In this document: one piece after another, positions 11,897 through 24,961 of the stretch
How positions within the stretch are numbered: the first letter of the stretch is position 1
Layout: every line of letters starts with the position of its first letter
Assembly: GCA_002633005.1 (NCBI GenBank)
Contig: NMRA01000814.1
Span: 1-64,000, forward strand
Source of the DNA: Phoronis australis
Lineage: Eukaryota; Animalia; Phoronida
DNA length: 64,000 nucleotides
Direction of reading: 5' to 3'
Position numbers and translations under genes: made by a program
Notes under the pieces: model-generated
What the model was told of the DNA's origin: nothing
The model's input: only the letters and a program-made list of their open reading frames with translations
The model's database searches: none

Positions 11897-12703
11897 AAGC
11901 ACCCGTGGAATTTCTAATCGGGAGAGTCCTACCTTGTAGTATTATGTAGTGTATTGGGGACGATCAGAAGCTGAGGACGTCTGTGGTATAAATCATGTTT
12001 TGTATACTCTTACAGACACTGGCATGGCATGCAAAGTGAAAAAAATATGAAACTTACCAGAAATCTGAAGTTCACTGTGAAAATCTTTCACAATTCTGTT
12101 ACACACGTTGGTTTCAAACTCTAAACAACTCGAGTGTTCTTCAACGGAAATTTCAAAATGGCGGTTTTTTCATGAAGGTCATCTGGTGGAAAGTTTTCTT
12201 TAAAAAATAAAATTACACTGTAATACAGCTGCTGGTAATTAATTTTTTATGAAAATTGAAAAGTTTTATTGTCACACATCTGATTTTTAAAAAAAATCAA
12301 AAGTTTTAGCCTTCCAGTGGGCAAGCCTCTAACTGCCCTCTTGTGTTCAAGTCTGTGTTTACCGGTCCAATCATACCGGCGAGCCGCTAAGGGAAAGTTC
12401 ACTGGGTTAGTGTCGTGGGGACGGTACTGGGCCATTCGTGGCCCAGAAACGTAAACCGGTATACGGTACAAGCGTTATTAAGCAACAGAAATCCAGTACT
12501 GGGCCAATACTGTCATGTTTACTGGGTCGCGGTTATTTAAATACAGGAAGTGGGGGACGGGAGCACGTGCCTCCCCCCTAACAAAAAATTACAGGCGTCA
12601 GAGTCAAACCGTGGCATCCGACTTAAGCGTGAAGCCGGGGACAGCCTAGAAAAGAAAGACTGCGAATACGGACAAGAGAGAAAATTCAAGAGGACATTTG
12701 ATA

Positions 12704-12886
12704 ACTCAGTATCAGTGCATGGTTTACCCTTTGAAGACCCTGGCCAGGACATTGTTATTAGGGTTTCTCTTTTTGGAGCATAGGTCGTCTATACGCACTT
12801 GAAGACGTGCACTTTTAAAATCATTAATACATGTATTTCGAAAGTTCGAGAAAACTTGTAAAGCGAAATTTTGCGGAGCGTATTAA
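12704..12886 (+). repeat. Dispersed repeat with an inverted copy at 21380-21560
   Basis: AACTCAGTATCAGTGCATGGTTTACC...TTTTGCGGAGCGTATTAA matches the reverse complement of 21380-21560. Confidence 0.7.
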
Positions 12887-13366
12887 TTCACTGGATTTTT
12901 AAATTCAATAAAACAATTTTGCGAATGCAAAACTATATTTTTCCATAGATTGCTCTCTAGCAAAGGTTAATAGACACAGCTGTCGCTCTATTTTTTGTTA
13001 GTTTTCGAAATGGTGTATCACTTGAGAAAATTGATTACCTTACAAATAACATCAATTGTTGTGTATTTCCTGATTTTTGACAATATATCTTTCTTAATAT
13101 AAAGGGGCCCAGTCCTTCTACCCGAACAACCAAAAATGTGAAAATACAATAAAATTGACTGTCATCGAAAAAGTGGAATTTTGAAGAACGTGAAGGCGAC
13201 TAATTTTGGACTATTTCCAATGGTTAGTTATAAAGCAGTGTTACCTTTTTGCCACGGCATCACAAGAATATCATTTCTTTTGAAGATCGTTACTAGGAGT
13301 TATTTATTTGTAAGTAATTCGTACCTGTCGAAAAGACTGTCGGAGCTACGACTTGAGATGACCATG

Positions 13367-13623
13367 CATGCGGACACCCAGGGGGGGGGGCTCGGGGGGC
13401 TTCAACAGGCCCCCCATTTGCCGAAATCGGCAAAAAGGTCCGCCTCAGAGAAACAAAAACTCTGAAAAAAGTAGAAAACGAGACAAAAGTCTAATAAAAA
13501 AGCCGGGGTAACCAAAATTCGGCAAACGCACAATTCATAGCTCTGAATGTACCCCGTGAATCTTCGTAAAAGGTCCACATTCTCAAAATTCGAGCTTGCC
13601 ATTTTAAGGTGAGTGCGCGCATG
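13367..13623. mobile_element. MITE with CATGCG..CGCATG termini and ~5-bp TSD (same family as 20376-20622)
   Basis: TIRs CATGCGGACACCC / GAGTGCGCGCATG; flanks CCATG / CCGTG. Confidence 0.7.
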
Positions 13624-15107
13624 CCGTGTACATGTCGAACAGGGGTATTGGTACTCGAAGTACTCGCAATCATAAACAAAGATTTCTGAGCCTTTGATTG
13701 ACATTTAACTTGTGGACCTCGGAAATGAGCAAAAATACACCTTAATACGTATGCCCCATATCCCATGTTCCCCGGCAGTCAAAAATCAGAGTATGCTTAC
13801 GGAAATTGCTTATAACATTCCATTTTCATAAACAAATTAATTGGTTTCTGATTTACATGTTTATGTATGTCGAAATTTGACAGATTTATGTAAGATTTTT
13901 TAACAAGTAGAAGTTAGACTTGTAAAAATTGATGCTGTTTCACAGAAATTAGTTACAGCCTGAAGTTGGAATAACTCTATAATCCAATCCCCAAATAGTA
14001 ATAAAGTACACCGAGACGATTTTTGCCCATTTAAAATAACTCTGGAAGATGTTGATGAAATTGGGACAGTTCCCAAAATTTACTCCCAATTCAAATGACA
14101 GTAAATGAATACTCAGACACAAGATTTTTCGTTTTAACTCACGAACAGGAGATCAAAATGGAAGTAAGTCATTAAATCAAGGTAAACGCATTGCTCATGG
14201 AATCGATTGTTGGATTCTGATTTACATGTGTATGTCGACTGATTTACAGACGATTTTTTGAGAATTACAAGCTTTCTTGTAAGAAATGGCGATGATTCAC
14301 GGAGCTTAGTTGCAGGTTGACATTGGGAAAAGTCGATCTATTGTAAGATCCCCAAATAGCAAAATATCAAACGGTCTCTGTCAATCTGAAGTATGTCTCA
14401 ATATTATTCAGAAATGTCACACAGCTCTACAATTAAAGTGTCCCAAAATGTTCTCAGTTTGGCGAAGTCGCATTCATTTAACCCCCCCCCCCCTTCAATA
14501 ATTTTTGCCTTCCTACGGGCAGAAATAGAAACATGTCGTGGTGAGGAATGTTGTGTGACCGACTTAATGTAAAGAAAATGACTAATTCGATTTTTATTTT
14601 AGTAGAGAAATGTAAGCACGTGCTGCTTCTTTCTGTTCCAATTTCCATAGAAACTAATGGAAGTTTACACCAATTTAGCCAAAATTCGTTACCAATTAAC
14701 GTTTCAAGGTGGCAACATTTTAAAAATATTGATAACATCCTTAGGTTGTAACTAATGACCAAATGGAAACAGAGTTTGTGAATGAAAGTCAGCGTGTAAA
14801 GATTTTTAATTATCTGTGACGGGACGTTCGTAACTTTACGCTTACTGTAGCAAATTTTCAGTTATTCTCATGCTAATGTCTTTGTTGCGTCTCAGTGCGC
14901 CTTTGTTACGAGGGCATGCGGGCGCGACTGTATGTGTCGGGCACTTCGCTAGCGACAGGCTTAGGAGAAGGGTGTTTCCTTCCTTTGCCTTCGTGAAATT
15001 GATCATCATCATGTGTAACTGAACTGAACGTATGCCTGATGAGGAAAATATACATTTTTGATGCTCAGTGGAGACTTGCTCTGTTACATTTGGCGCCCAA
15101 CGTGGGG

Positions 15108-16935
15108 TTGTACGGGATTTCTGAATGTCGTATAATTTAACAACTGTTTAACCAGATCGCTTTCAAAATTGCGACCCTGATCGCTATGAATCCTGTCCGG
15201 AATACCGAGCTTATTGAACCATTGCTCAGTCAGAGCCTTGGCAACAGTCAGGGCAGTTTGATTGCGTGTCACAACAACCTGCGTAAACTTCGTGAATACG
15301 TCAGTCATCACCAAGACGTTTTCCCTACCGTCACTGGACGGCTCTAGAACAGTAAAATCAACGGCAAACACTTCATTGGGTCTACATGCAGTCAGTGACT
15401 CATGACAGTCCTCGGTTTCTTGTATGGACCCTTAGAAATTTGACACCTCGCACATGACTTGCAATAGTCTGCCACATCATTTTGCATGCCTATCCAAAAG
15501 TAGCGATTGCTAATCAAGACAAATGTTCTCTAATACCCTTGGTGCCCAGCTGCAACATGTAGAGACAACATAATCTCACTTCGTAGCGATTGTGGCACAA
15601 CTAACATACTTAACAACTTCATTATCAACTGACGAGACCCTGTTTATGAACAGCATTCCTCGATATAAGTACAGATCATTCCAATACCTCAAATATTTCC
15701 GTACACCGCCATTTGCGGTGTCATCAGGCTTACGTTTTGCTCGCAAGCATTCCATCACACCACCAAGAATAATATCATTACGTTGTAAATTCACTCATTC
15801 GGCGTTTGTTAGAGCAGGGAATGACGACGAAGTGTCCAACCCACTCCGTGTCGTAACACCACAAAGCAAAGCCTGTCCGTGATCAGGCCACACTATTCTT
15901 GACAGCGCGTCAGCATCTAAGTTCGACTTACCAGTCTTGTACACAATCTGAAAATTATAGTTCGCTAACTCAGAAACCCACCTCTGAGAGCATGCATCAT
16001 GCTTAGCTGTAGACAATGCATATGTAACAGGGTTATACTACAAACGGCAAACCGCCGTATAGGTAATCGTGAAACTTAGACGTTATGGCCCACTTAAGAG
16101 CCAGAAACTCAAGTTTATGTACAGGATAGCGTTTCCCGGCTTCACTCAAACAACGACTCGCAAAAGCAATTGGTCTATTTAATCCCCCCGACTCCTGAGT
16201 GCGTTCAGTAGACGCTAGGACCTACGCTAGGACCTAGCTAAAACCTAGTCAAAGTCACGTGTTCTCATTTAAAATGTACGGCAATATCTCACGTAATCTC
16301 GCGAAGTCTTGCTTTTTAGCGAGGTCGTAGCGTTACTGAACGGGAGGCTCTGATATAATACCGCACCTAACGACGTCATGCTGGCGTCAATGTGCACAGA
16401 AAATGGCTGCATAAAATCAGCAAATGCCAGTACCGGGCTACTCGTGCACCTGCGTTTAAGTTCTTCAAAAGCATACAACTGTACTGTTCTTTATCACCCT
16501 AAACAAACCGTCCATTTGAGGTATTAGAAGAATTAGGTTTACGACCCGTTACTCCCTTTGTAAGTGCATGAAGAGGCTGAATAATTGATGCAAAGTCTTG
16601 AATAAAGCGACGGTAAAACCCCACGAAACCTAAAAAACTTTGCAAGTCTTTCACACACTTTGGAACAGGCCAATCCAACACAACTGCTACCTTATCGGGA
16701 TCACATTCGACCCCTTGTTGAGAAATCACGTGACCCAAATACACAGTTCGCTGCTTAAAGAACTCACACTTTGACGGCTTAAGTTTCATACCAAACTCAC
16801 GTACGCGTTGAAACACATTTCTCAATCGGGTTAGACGATTCTCAAATATATCACTAAACACCAAAATATCGTACAACAATATCAAACACTCAGACAAATA
16901 CAAGTCCCCCATACACGTTGCAGGAGCATTGGTTC
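15108..16935 (-). pseudogene. Gypsy pol remnant (RT-RNase H-integrase)
   Basis: LKPSKCEF..YLGHVIS, SFLGFVGFYRRFI, DAS..LGAVLYQ, RWVSELANYNF, IHSDQGRNFES; multiple frameshifts. Confidence 0.92.
16199..16350. mobile_element. Harbinger-like MITE inserted in the Gypsy RNase H region
   Basis: CGTTCAGTA / TACTGAACG inverted ends and TGA 3-bp TSD; removal restores AVLYQ-ESGG..PIAFASR. Confidence 0.7.
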
Positions 16936-17172
16936 ATACATACACATTTTTGATGCTCAGTGGAGACTTGCTCTGTTACATATCCTTATTATGCACGACA
17001 CTTAAAAATCTATTCCGAACTAATGCCTGTTTTAAGTCATTGAAAGGTTCACTTTGTTTAGTCTTTGTCAAATGAATTTCATCAGTTGGATTTTTATTTG
17101 TTGTTGAACATGATATCAAACTTGGTAATATCTCTATTTATCAAAAAATTTACTTGTTTCTCCTTTATTAAG

Positions 17173-17468
17173 GTACTCTGGATGAAGCGTGCAAAATCGT
17201 TTCAACTCATCTTGGAAAAGATTGGAAGATCTTGTATGAAGTCTTGCCGTTCGTTCCACCACGTGACTCAAAGCAGCGACACCTGGACATAGAAGCAATA
17301 GACCCGTTTGCATCTGTGCGCGAGCAAGTTAATGAATCTCTTGAAAAATGGCGCGTTTTCAACAAGAATTCCTCCGTAACCCAGCTGTTGGCCGCGTTAG
17401 CTCGGGTTCAACGAACAGAGTTGGCACAGATGATAGAAAAAGAGTTTCGGAGTTTGATAATAGGGTAG
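17173..17468 (+). CDS. Terminal coding exon encoding a death domain
   Basis: Acceptor CTCCTTTATTAAG, phase 1. LDEACKIVSTHLGKDWKILYEVLPF..VREQVNESLEKWR..SVTQLLAALARVQRTELAQMIE fits the death-domain pattern; stop at 17468. Confidence 0.8.
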
Positions 17469-19434
17469 CCACAACCATATCCAGATATTTCAGTTGTGAG
17501 GGCAGCCTGGTCACGGACTTACGTGTGTACGTAGAATGAATTTGCAAGAAAGTTGTATTGGAAAATTTTTTTCTGAGTGAGGAAAAAATCGGCATTTCCG
17601 CTCCCTCTAACTCCACCCCTGTTTGGCATGGGCACTGTATTATTGGCGCCATTAATTCAGGTTGGTAGCCTACACGTACTTATGGTGGTTTCATCACCCA
17701 AATTTTTCCCCTTATTGTGTCCGTCACGAGTCTGGACGTGAATAGTTAACAGTCGCTGTACTGCAATAATTCCTATCCGTATCACCAGGAAGAGATAACC
17801 AGGAAGGGACAACTGTTTTAGCGCATTTTAACGTGATTTGAAACGTGATTTTAAAAGTAAATGTTCAAGTTATATGGAATCCAAGCATTAGTTTTGAAAG
17901 ATTAACTCTTTAGCTATAAAATAACACCACTTTGGTCCTCAAAGACTGCATATTACTGGCACTGGGATGCTTTGAACGTGACATGCTTTACCCTTACAAA
18001 AGATGCCTCTTCCCAGGCATGTACTCGGGCATGAGCCTCTTTTTTGAACCAACAGATGTCACTTCTATATGCAAATGAGGCTCGCATCTCCTACGTCATA
18101 TGACGTCATACGATGTCATACGACGCAAACTTCCAATTTGAACCCTCCGGTGCCTATAGCGAATGACTTGAAACGCAGTTCTACCTGATTGGGCAGATCT
18201 AAGAAAATTAAGAACTCACACAAGTCAATGTTCAAAGAACATTGAATGGTTTCACATGAAAATACATTTAATTGTATTTGGATACGCTTGCATATGTGTA
18301 AGCGTGGACTTTGTCATTTTGCTTAAATCCAGAATTAGAAGCAGGTGTTAGTCAAGAAATTAGCTGCTTCCGCCACGGGTGGCAGGTGTCGTGGCGTGCG
18401 AGTCGCCGGAAAGTCCGATCCATGCATGCGCAATTCGACGAACTAATGCTAGTCGCTGGTCAACTCCGCTATGATTCATGCGCAATTCGAAGAACTAATG
18501 CTAGTCGCTGGTCAGCTCCGCTTTGATTCATTTGAGACGTGCGGCTTAGCTCGAACCCGTTGTACCCGTGTTCTGGCTCCAAGGTCGTTCTGTTTCATTG
18601 ACCCAGTTTCGGGAAAAGTTTATTTTAATGCGGTTATTTCCTGAAGATTTTTTTTGAAAGATATGATCCCGAAATCCTTGGCCTATAGAGCTGTTGAAAC
18701 ACAGGCATCACTGGTCCAGCTTCCGGCTGCCGCCGGGCGGCTGGGGAAAATGCTATGGAACGCGTGTCCCAAAAATGCACACACTTCAACTCCTACAGTT
18801 CAAGTTCTTTTCCCGTCAATCACTGTGCGCGGATTCTACACGGGCAGCCAACACCTTATTTTTAACGTGGGGGCGTCACTGAGTCACGACGTGTCCAGCC
18901 TTTGCAGTATGCACGGGAATGTCAGCAAACGATTCGGTTTAGAAGAACCTAAATTCATTGCACAATACTACTGGGAACTACAAGCACCAAGGAAATGCAA
19001 AGACAATCTTTCCAAATTTACGAGCAATGACTTGGATTTCTTTTTCGATCCGATCTAAGGTTTGTAAATTTTTGAATTTCTTTAGTCTATTTTTTTTAAA
19101 TTCAATACATTCATGAACATCACTGTTATCGTTTAGAGTCCTTCTTTGCGATATGGTGGTCTGATGATGGTTGGAATTTTTGCAAGTCCGTCGTTCAGCC
19201 CTCAACTAAGTTCAGTGACGCATCGCCATTTCTTACAAGACAGCTCCTGTGCTGTGCACGAATGTTTTGTGTTTTTGATGAATTTGAAATCTCAACTTCC
19301 CCTCGTGAGTAGTTGGCAGTGTCATGTCGGAGGTGTATAGAGGGCGCAGCACTGAAAAAAGTGGGGGCTAAAGCCCCCTCAGCCCCCCTGCAGTGCACAG
19401 CCTATGGACCACTGAAAAACTTGAACTGAATAAA

Positions 19435-21379
19435 AGGAGAATGCCACCCGATTTAATTAGTCTTTTTTGCCTTATTAATTGGTCTATATCCACATCGCCT
19501 CGCACACGGTCGACCTTGTCTTGCCAAGAGGTGTTTCGTTAACCTGTGAGGAAGGTGAGAAACGACGCTAGCGACGTCAGTGGTTCATCTGCACTAAATG
19601 AGAGTGAATGCCGCTATGTTGCGGTGCATCGTTCCCGCTTGTGCGAGCTATGCAGCTGCGAGGAAAGCGGGAATATCGTTTTTTCGACTTCCTCGAGAGT
19701 CCGAAATGTTTAGGAAGTGGATCGCAGTAGTGAAGAATGAAAAGTACGCTGTAAATAGCAAGTATGAGGCCGTGGAACATCTCCTTGTCTGTGGCCTGCA
19801 GTGGTCGACAGCCGCGTGAGTGCCTGACGAATCCCAGCTTGCCAAATAACTATCCCTACGTTCCGTTGTCTGAGCTTGTTCACGGCGCCTCTTTAGTATT
19901 TCTTCATCACTGTATTCCTGTTCGAACTGATAGCCTGTGAAACCTAACGATCCACCTGCGAAGTCTTCGTCGGGACTGATGAGCTCTCGTCTAAGTCGCG
20001 GGGGATTGCGAGTTGCCATGTTGACGTTTATCACTGAGCTTTCTGTTTCAAAATGAATTATTCTCACCCTAACCAATATACTGAAACAAAGTCTGTCTCA
20101 TTAGATGCAATTTGTAATGCCTTTGGAGTGTTCCTGAGTGCAAACATGATTTGAGAAGCCAGCAATGAATAAATCCCTGCGTTACCGGCTTTAAGTGCAA
20201 TAAAACTAATTGACGGGACACCGAGGCCGTGTGAGCTCATGCTAATTTAGTGTTAGATGGCAGAAACTGTTGTGAAACAACTCGATTTCCATCCCACGGC
20301 CAGGTGTTAGGGGAATCTTTATTTATATTTACATTATTCAAATAATGATTGTCAATGTACAGCTTCTGCCCTGACCATGCGCGCACCCAGGGGGGCTCGG
20401 GGGCTCGAACGAGCTAGGGCAAAGTGGCGAAGTGGACAAAAAGGTCCGCCTCTGGGAAACAAAAAGTCCGAGAAAATGAGACTAAAGTCCTCTAAATAAG
20501 CACAATCGCGCAGTTCACAGTGGTGCCCCGTTTTTTTTAACTCACCCGCTTTTTTTGTTACCAAAACGTCCACAACGTCAGAAATTCGAGCCCCCCCATA
20601 TTGAAGGCTGGGTGTGCGCATGCTGACGGTGCTGTGGACAAAGCGGAATCTGAATTCGCGGCCCCGACGAGTAAGTAGATTTGCAGTTTCGTGGCTAATT
20701 CACCAACATAATCACGTGCACATTACTTTGGCTCACTAGTATAGTATTTTCCTGACTAGAAGTTTAGTTTCCAACTTTGGCTGGTTTATGTTCGTGATGT
20801 CTGATCAGTTTCCGAGCCACTGGTCGGGATAACGAGTCAATCCGGCCGGCCGCGACGGGCCTGACCGGGCTCCGAGCCACTGGCCAGGATAACGAGCGTT
20901 TTGCGTGTTTAGAACTCAAAAAATCACAATTCTAAACAACACAGACTAGGTTCTCCTGTCTGTATCTCACGGAAAAATACTTCGAATTTATCTCCGAAAA
21001 GACCCCAAACTCCTGCTACGGACCTTATTGGAATGCCGAGCCGTTGTAGGCTACGGCCGTGTCCAAATACCAATAAATCCGTAACAGCGAAATAAAACAA
21101 CACGTTTTTATACGAACTCTGTGTATTTTTAAGGGTTTTACATCGAAGTTTGATGATTTATTGGTGTAAAACGATGAATTCAAGCGATAAGCTGACACCA
21201 GTAACCCGTGTTGTGAACTGCTGAACAGACTGCGTGTGAAACCAATTACGTCATTGGATAATTTCAAAACCTCAGTCTGCCGTCAGGTGTCAGGTAACGC
21301 AACCGCGCGTGCCGTTATGGAGTAGAACTACTCGATCTAAATTGATACAAATTAGGTTGTTTTTGGGTGGCATGCTCCT
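19435..21379 (+). mobile_element. Kolobok non-autonomous element, family 1, copy 1 (THAP start plus convergent KolX-like start)
   Basis: TIRs AGGAGAATGCCACCC / GGGTGGCATGCTCCT with a TTAA target. THAP-like MLRCIVPAC..FFRLP..RKWI..VCGL on +; MATRN..GYQFEQEYSDEE on -. Confidence 0.85.
20376..20622. mobile_element. MITE with 5-bp TSD inside Kolobok copy 1
   Basis: TIRs CATGCGCGCACCCAG / CTGGGTGTGCGCATG, TSD CTGAC; the empty site is visible in copy 2 near 27365. Confidence 0.9.
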
Positions 21380-22027
21380 TTAATACGCTCCGCAAAATTT
21401 TTGCTGTACAAATTTTCTCGAATTTTCGAAATACATTTATGAATGGTTAAGTGCACATTTTCAAGAGCGCTTAGACGACCTATGCTGCAAAAACGGAGAC
21501 CCTAACAACAATTGTCCTGGTCAGGGCCCTCAAATGGTAAACCATACACTGATACCGAGTTTCCAAAGTTCTCTTGAGTTTTCTCTCTGATCAGTATTCG
21601 AAGTCTTTCCTTTTTGTCTTTCCCCATCCCCACACCTTTGTCGGTTGCCATGGTTTAACCCTGAGGCATGCAATTTTTTTGGGGTGGCACTCGCCCTCCC
21701 CCCGCTTACTAAGGTCCTGATGCAAGGAGTCCATCGTTGGTCCAAGGTCAATGTTGTGTTTCAACACGCACTCGTTGTATAGCTTGAGCATTAAATTAAA
21801 GGTTTAAGAAATACAGGAGCAGTTTTGCGCATTTAATTGTGCGTGTAAAAGGTTTTATGGATTCGTACCGAATTTGTTGCTGCAACTTGTCTCATGGGCC
21901 TGTACCCGGCGCGTGATCACAAATGTGGACACTAATTCGGCTATTGCGCAAGTCGACTGTAGCAAGGTGGCCAGTGAAAATGTAAGGCAGCAGGCCAGTG
22001 GGCGTGTGTGCTTTCTAGTCTCTTATT

Positions 22028-22670
22028 ATGAAAACCATTGAAGGCAATTATCAGCACCTGCAAACAAGAATTTTGAAGTATGGAGAATTTCAACAGGAGT
22101 TTGCTGTAGACTTACTCGCGAAGCTGCAGACATTCCAGCCACGGTTACTGCCGGTCCTTCGAAGCAATTATAGCCCATATATACGATTTTTTAAGAATGG
22201 CAAGGGTGCGTTTTGTGTTGACGGAAATGTCCATTGCGTCGAGGAATCTGAGGCATTTAATGATGAACAACTGTTGTGGCTTAATTTGGAAAAACACTTA
22301 GCAAAACTAACTTCCAAGTATGCATACTGTGGCGGAATTAAGAAATACGATTATGGCAGTGCTAACTGTAGCAGAGCCACAAAGTGTGCTAAAATGGTAG
22401 GAAATTAGGCATAACATTTCTGTAGCAGATAAAAGGTTGATTGGCGCAGGAAAAGGCCGAGGTCTTCAATGCTCAGAAAGATTTTGGCAGGCAAGAGACT
22501 TGCCAAGAAAATGACACAGCTGAGTCCGGGCATTCTAAAGGAAAGAACTGCAGCCAATTCCAGTTACTCGGTGCAACTTCTCTCACCCGACGGCGTTGTT
22601 TCACGATACCGCAACCTCAAACAACGTCAAAGAAACGAAACGCGTAGGGTGAGATATTTCAGAGTATTAA
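22028..22670 (+). pseudogene. Degraded ORF inside the CCAGG-TIR element, possibly a transposase N-terminal remnant
   Basis: 126-aa ORF continuing through a stop/frameshift into RTAANSSYSVQLLSPDGVVSRYRNLK, then a GTGAG donor; no catalytic domain seen. Confidence 0.35.
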
Positions 22671-24806
22671 TATTTATTCTTGGATACAGGTGTCCAACTC
22701 AAAATGAATAACCCACGGTCATTCTTTATGCCGATAGCAATGTTTTCGCCAACTGAAGGAGAACAGGAATCATAGACATCCCGTGCACTCCGTCTATGGT
22801 GATCTGACACTTCAAACTTTCAACACGATAGGTAGCCGCAGAAAGTTCGATGTTGACCTCATTCTAATCTTCTCTGCAATCCACAGTCTGGGGACGAAAA
22901 CAATTCAAAACCGCTCCTCGAAATAGGGCTTGCTTAGTTGGAATTCAGAACTGCGGTCATGAGAGTGTTTTCACCTCCTGATTGCGAAGCGATCGAGTTA
23001 GCTGTGGTATCTTCATCAGCGCGTGCTCTCAACGGGAGGTCACCGCTTTATGCACTCAAGCGGTCGACAACAACTAAACTGACGAGAGTCTCATAACTCC
23101 CACAAGCAAATTTGATATGCAAATGAGGGAGTACTTGACTACTGCGCCATCTATACATCGACGGAAAAGCTTAAATACCCGTGACTGCGTGTGGGAAATT
23201 GCGATTGCGTGCGCTGAAGTCGATATTTTCAAAGTACAATTACACCACTGTTTAAGGTTGAAAAGTGAGTTTTTTTGATATCCTTCTATAGGAAAAGCTT
23301 TAATCTCTCTGATAAAATCATCTGTCTCCTTTTAAACGAAACTTAAGTCCTCAAATTAGTCCGGGGAAGGAGGCCAAAAACGGCGGTTTAGGTAGTTGTC
23401 CCTTCCTGGTTGTCTCTTCCTGGTATCACGTAATGAAACTGCTTCGTTGTTATTCGTTTGCTACTGCCAAAATTACATTGCATTAAAGATAACGAATCCT
23501 CTGTTAATAATTTATTTTACACAAAACTGGCGGTCCCGTCATCTGATATGTACTGAATAATTTGACAAACACACCATAGGCCTCGCCCACTGTCCGAGAC
23601 CAACAGATTTTTTTGGTGTAGTCGGATATTTCACTGGAACTTTCTTACTGCATCATTCAATAACAAAAGGCTTGGAAAAAGTTGTCATAAGAGCAAGAGG
23701 TGTATCCAAGACCGTCTTAACAATATCATGGTCCCCCGGACACAGCAGTTCACTGGGGCCTCTCGTATGACAACCAAATGTTTTTTCAATAAAAACGTAA
23801 ACTGTGTACCAACAAAAGATGTGTATTCATCGATAAACTAACTGGTATGCCTGTAGCGCTGCTCATCAAGTAGATGTATATTTATCGATAGACTAACTGA
23901 TATAGCTGTAGCACTGATCATCAATAAATTGACTGACAAGTTACATGTTTGAACAGCATCAATAAATGGAGTATTACTAACACCGAATGGATTTTCGTTC
24001 ATTGTATCAACTTTCCACGAAATTTAACTCCTTCCAAAACACTTAACCTAACCTTAAACAAAACGCTGGAAGCCTTATTTTAAAACATTTATTCAGGGAG
24101 TCCGGCACAGTAAGGATCAAATAGTGGCTAGGTTGTCAACACGTCACCAAGATTTCTGTTTACGAGCTGACAGCCTTTCTACAATACAGTTGAAAAACGA
24201 TAGCACCGCAACCAATAAAGGTCTGTAATAAACAAAATATATCAAATTACCCAATTCTTGCATGCCAGTGATAAATGAAACTTTGTTATCAAAGCTCTCT
24301 CGCATAAACCTGCACCAGAGGCTTGAGGAGAATTTTGTCTTTCCTTGTCACAACCACAGACGAAATGGCACGTGCACGTGGTACTCGAGCAGCAAAATGG
24401 AAGTTAATAGTCGGTGGGCCAGATTTTGTAGGGCCTCTAGAAAATGGTTTTTGTGAGTACTTTAGGGGGGCAATTTTATTTTGGTGTTTTTTAATTCATT
24501 TATTAGAGTGTTTTCAAAATCTAAAAAGTTCCCACATATAAAGTTGCACATTTTTGAGAAATTTGAGTTTGAAGTTACATAATAATCACCAAAGAGCTTA
24601 GTAAACTTATATTTGTAAAACAACAATTTTGGTGACTTTTTCGTAAAACAAGTAATATGGTCCCATCAGTGCCATTGTATTGAACAATATTACACTCACA
24701 TTACACGTTTTACTATTGTAAATTAATTGTAAACAGTGAAATTTAAAAAACGTAAAGAGACACCTAGTGGCAAAAATGCAAACTAAGTCTGAATGTTACT
24801 AGGAAG

Positions 24807-24961
24807 TTATTCTGGCATTGTCAGGCAACAAAAATAACACAAAACACTTGAGACTGGAGTACTGCCACTGCTGTCTGGCTCTACGTGGATTGGAACAGCG
24901 GCCTTTGTGCTAGCGGTTGTTGTCGGTGATAATCTTCCACCTGAGGTAGCCTTAGTAAGAG
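24807..24961 (-). CDS. Putative exon encoding a Ser/Thr-rich stalk after the Sushi exon
   Basis: Acceptor ATTTTTCTTCAG, phase 1, compatible with the upstream exon; ALTKATSGGRLSPTTTASTK..MPE-stop. Confidence 0.5.

Larger units (their letters stand above)
7515..12526. mobile_element. Probable non-autonomous EnSpm/CMC-like DNA transposon (CCCAG-type terminus); left end in the gap
   Basis: Right end reads ...GTTTACTGGG (CCCAGTAAAC on - strand). Clusters of GCCAGTA/TACTGGGC subterminal motifs at 7515-7660 and 12400-12526. Confidence 0.45.
14815..16980. mobile_element. Rearranged Gypsy/Ty3 LTR retrotransposon: 5' LTR and PBS on +, pol remnant inverted, 3' LTR truncated
   Basis: LTR 14815-15088 (TGT..ACA); PBS TGGCGCCCAACGTGGGG (tRNA-Lys) at 15091-15107; LTR end repeated at ~16938-16980; TATC 4-bp TSD on both sides. 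Confidence 0.9.
17785..23423. mobile_element. 5.6-kb TIR DNA transposon (CCAGG..CCTGG ends, 5-bp TSD) carrying nested insertions
   Basis: TIRs CCAGGAAGAGATAACCAGGAAGGGACAACT / AGTTGTCCCTTCCTGGTTGTCTCTTCCTGG; TATCA on both flanks. Confidence 0.85.

Noticed and set aside
12704-21560. One giant element bounded by the inverted repeats at 12704-12886 and 21380-21560
   Set aside because: The second copy lies inside the TSD-bounded CCAGG element, so these are independent dispersed copies
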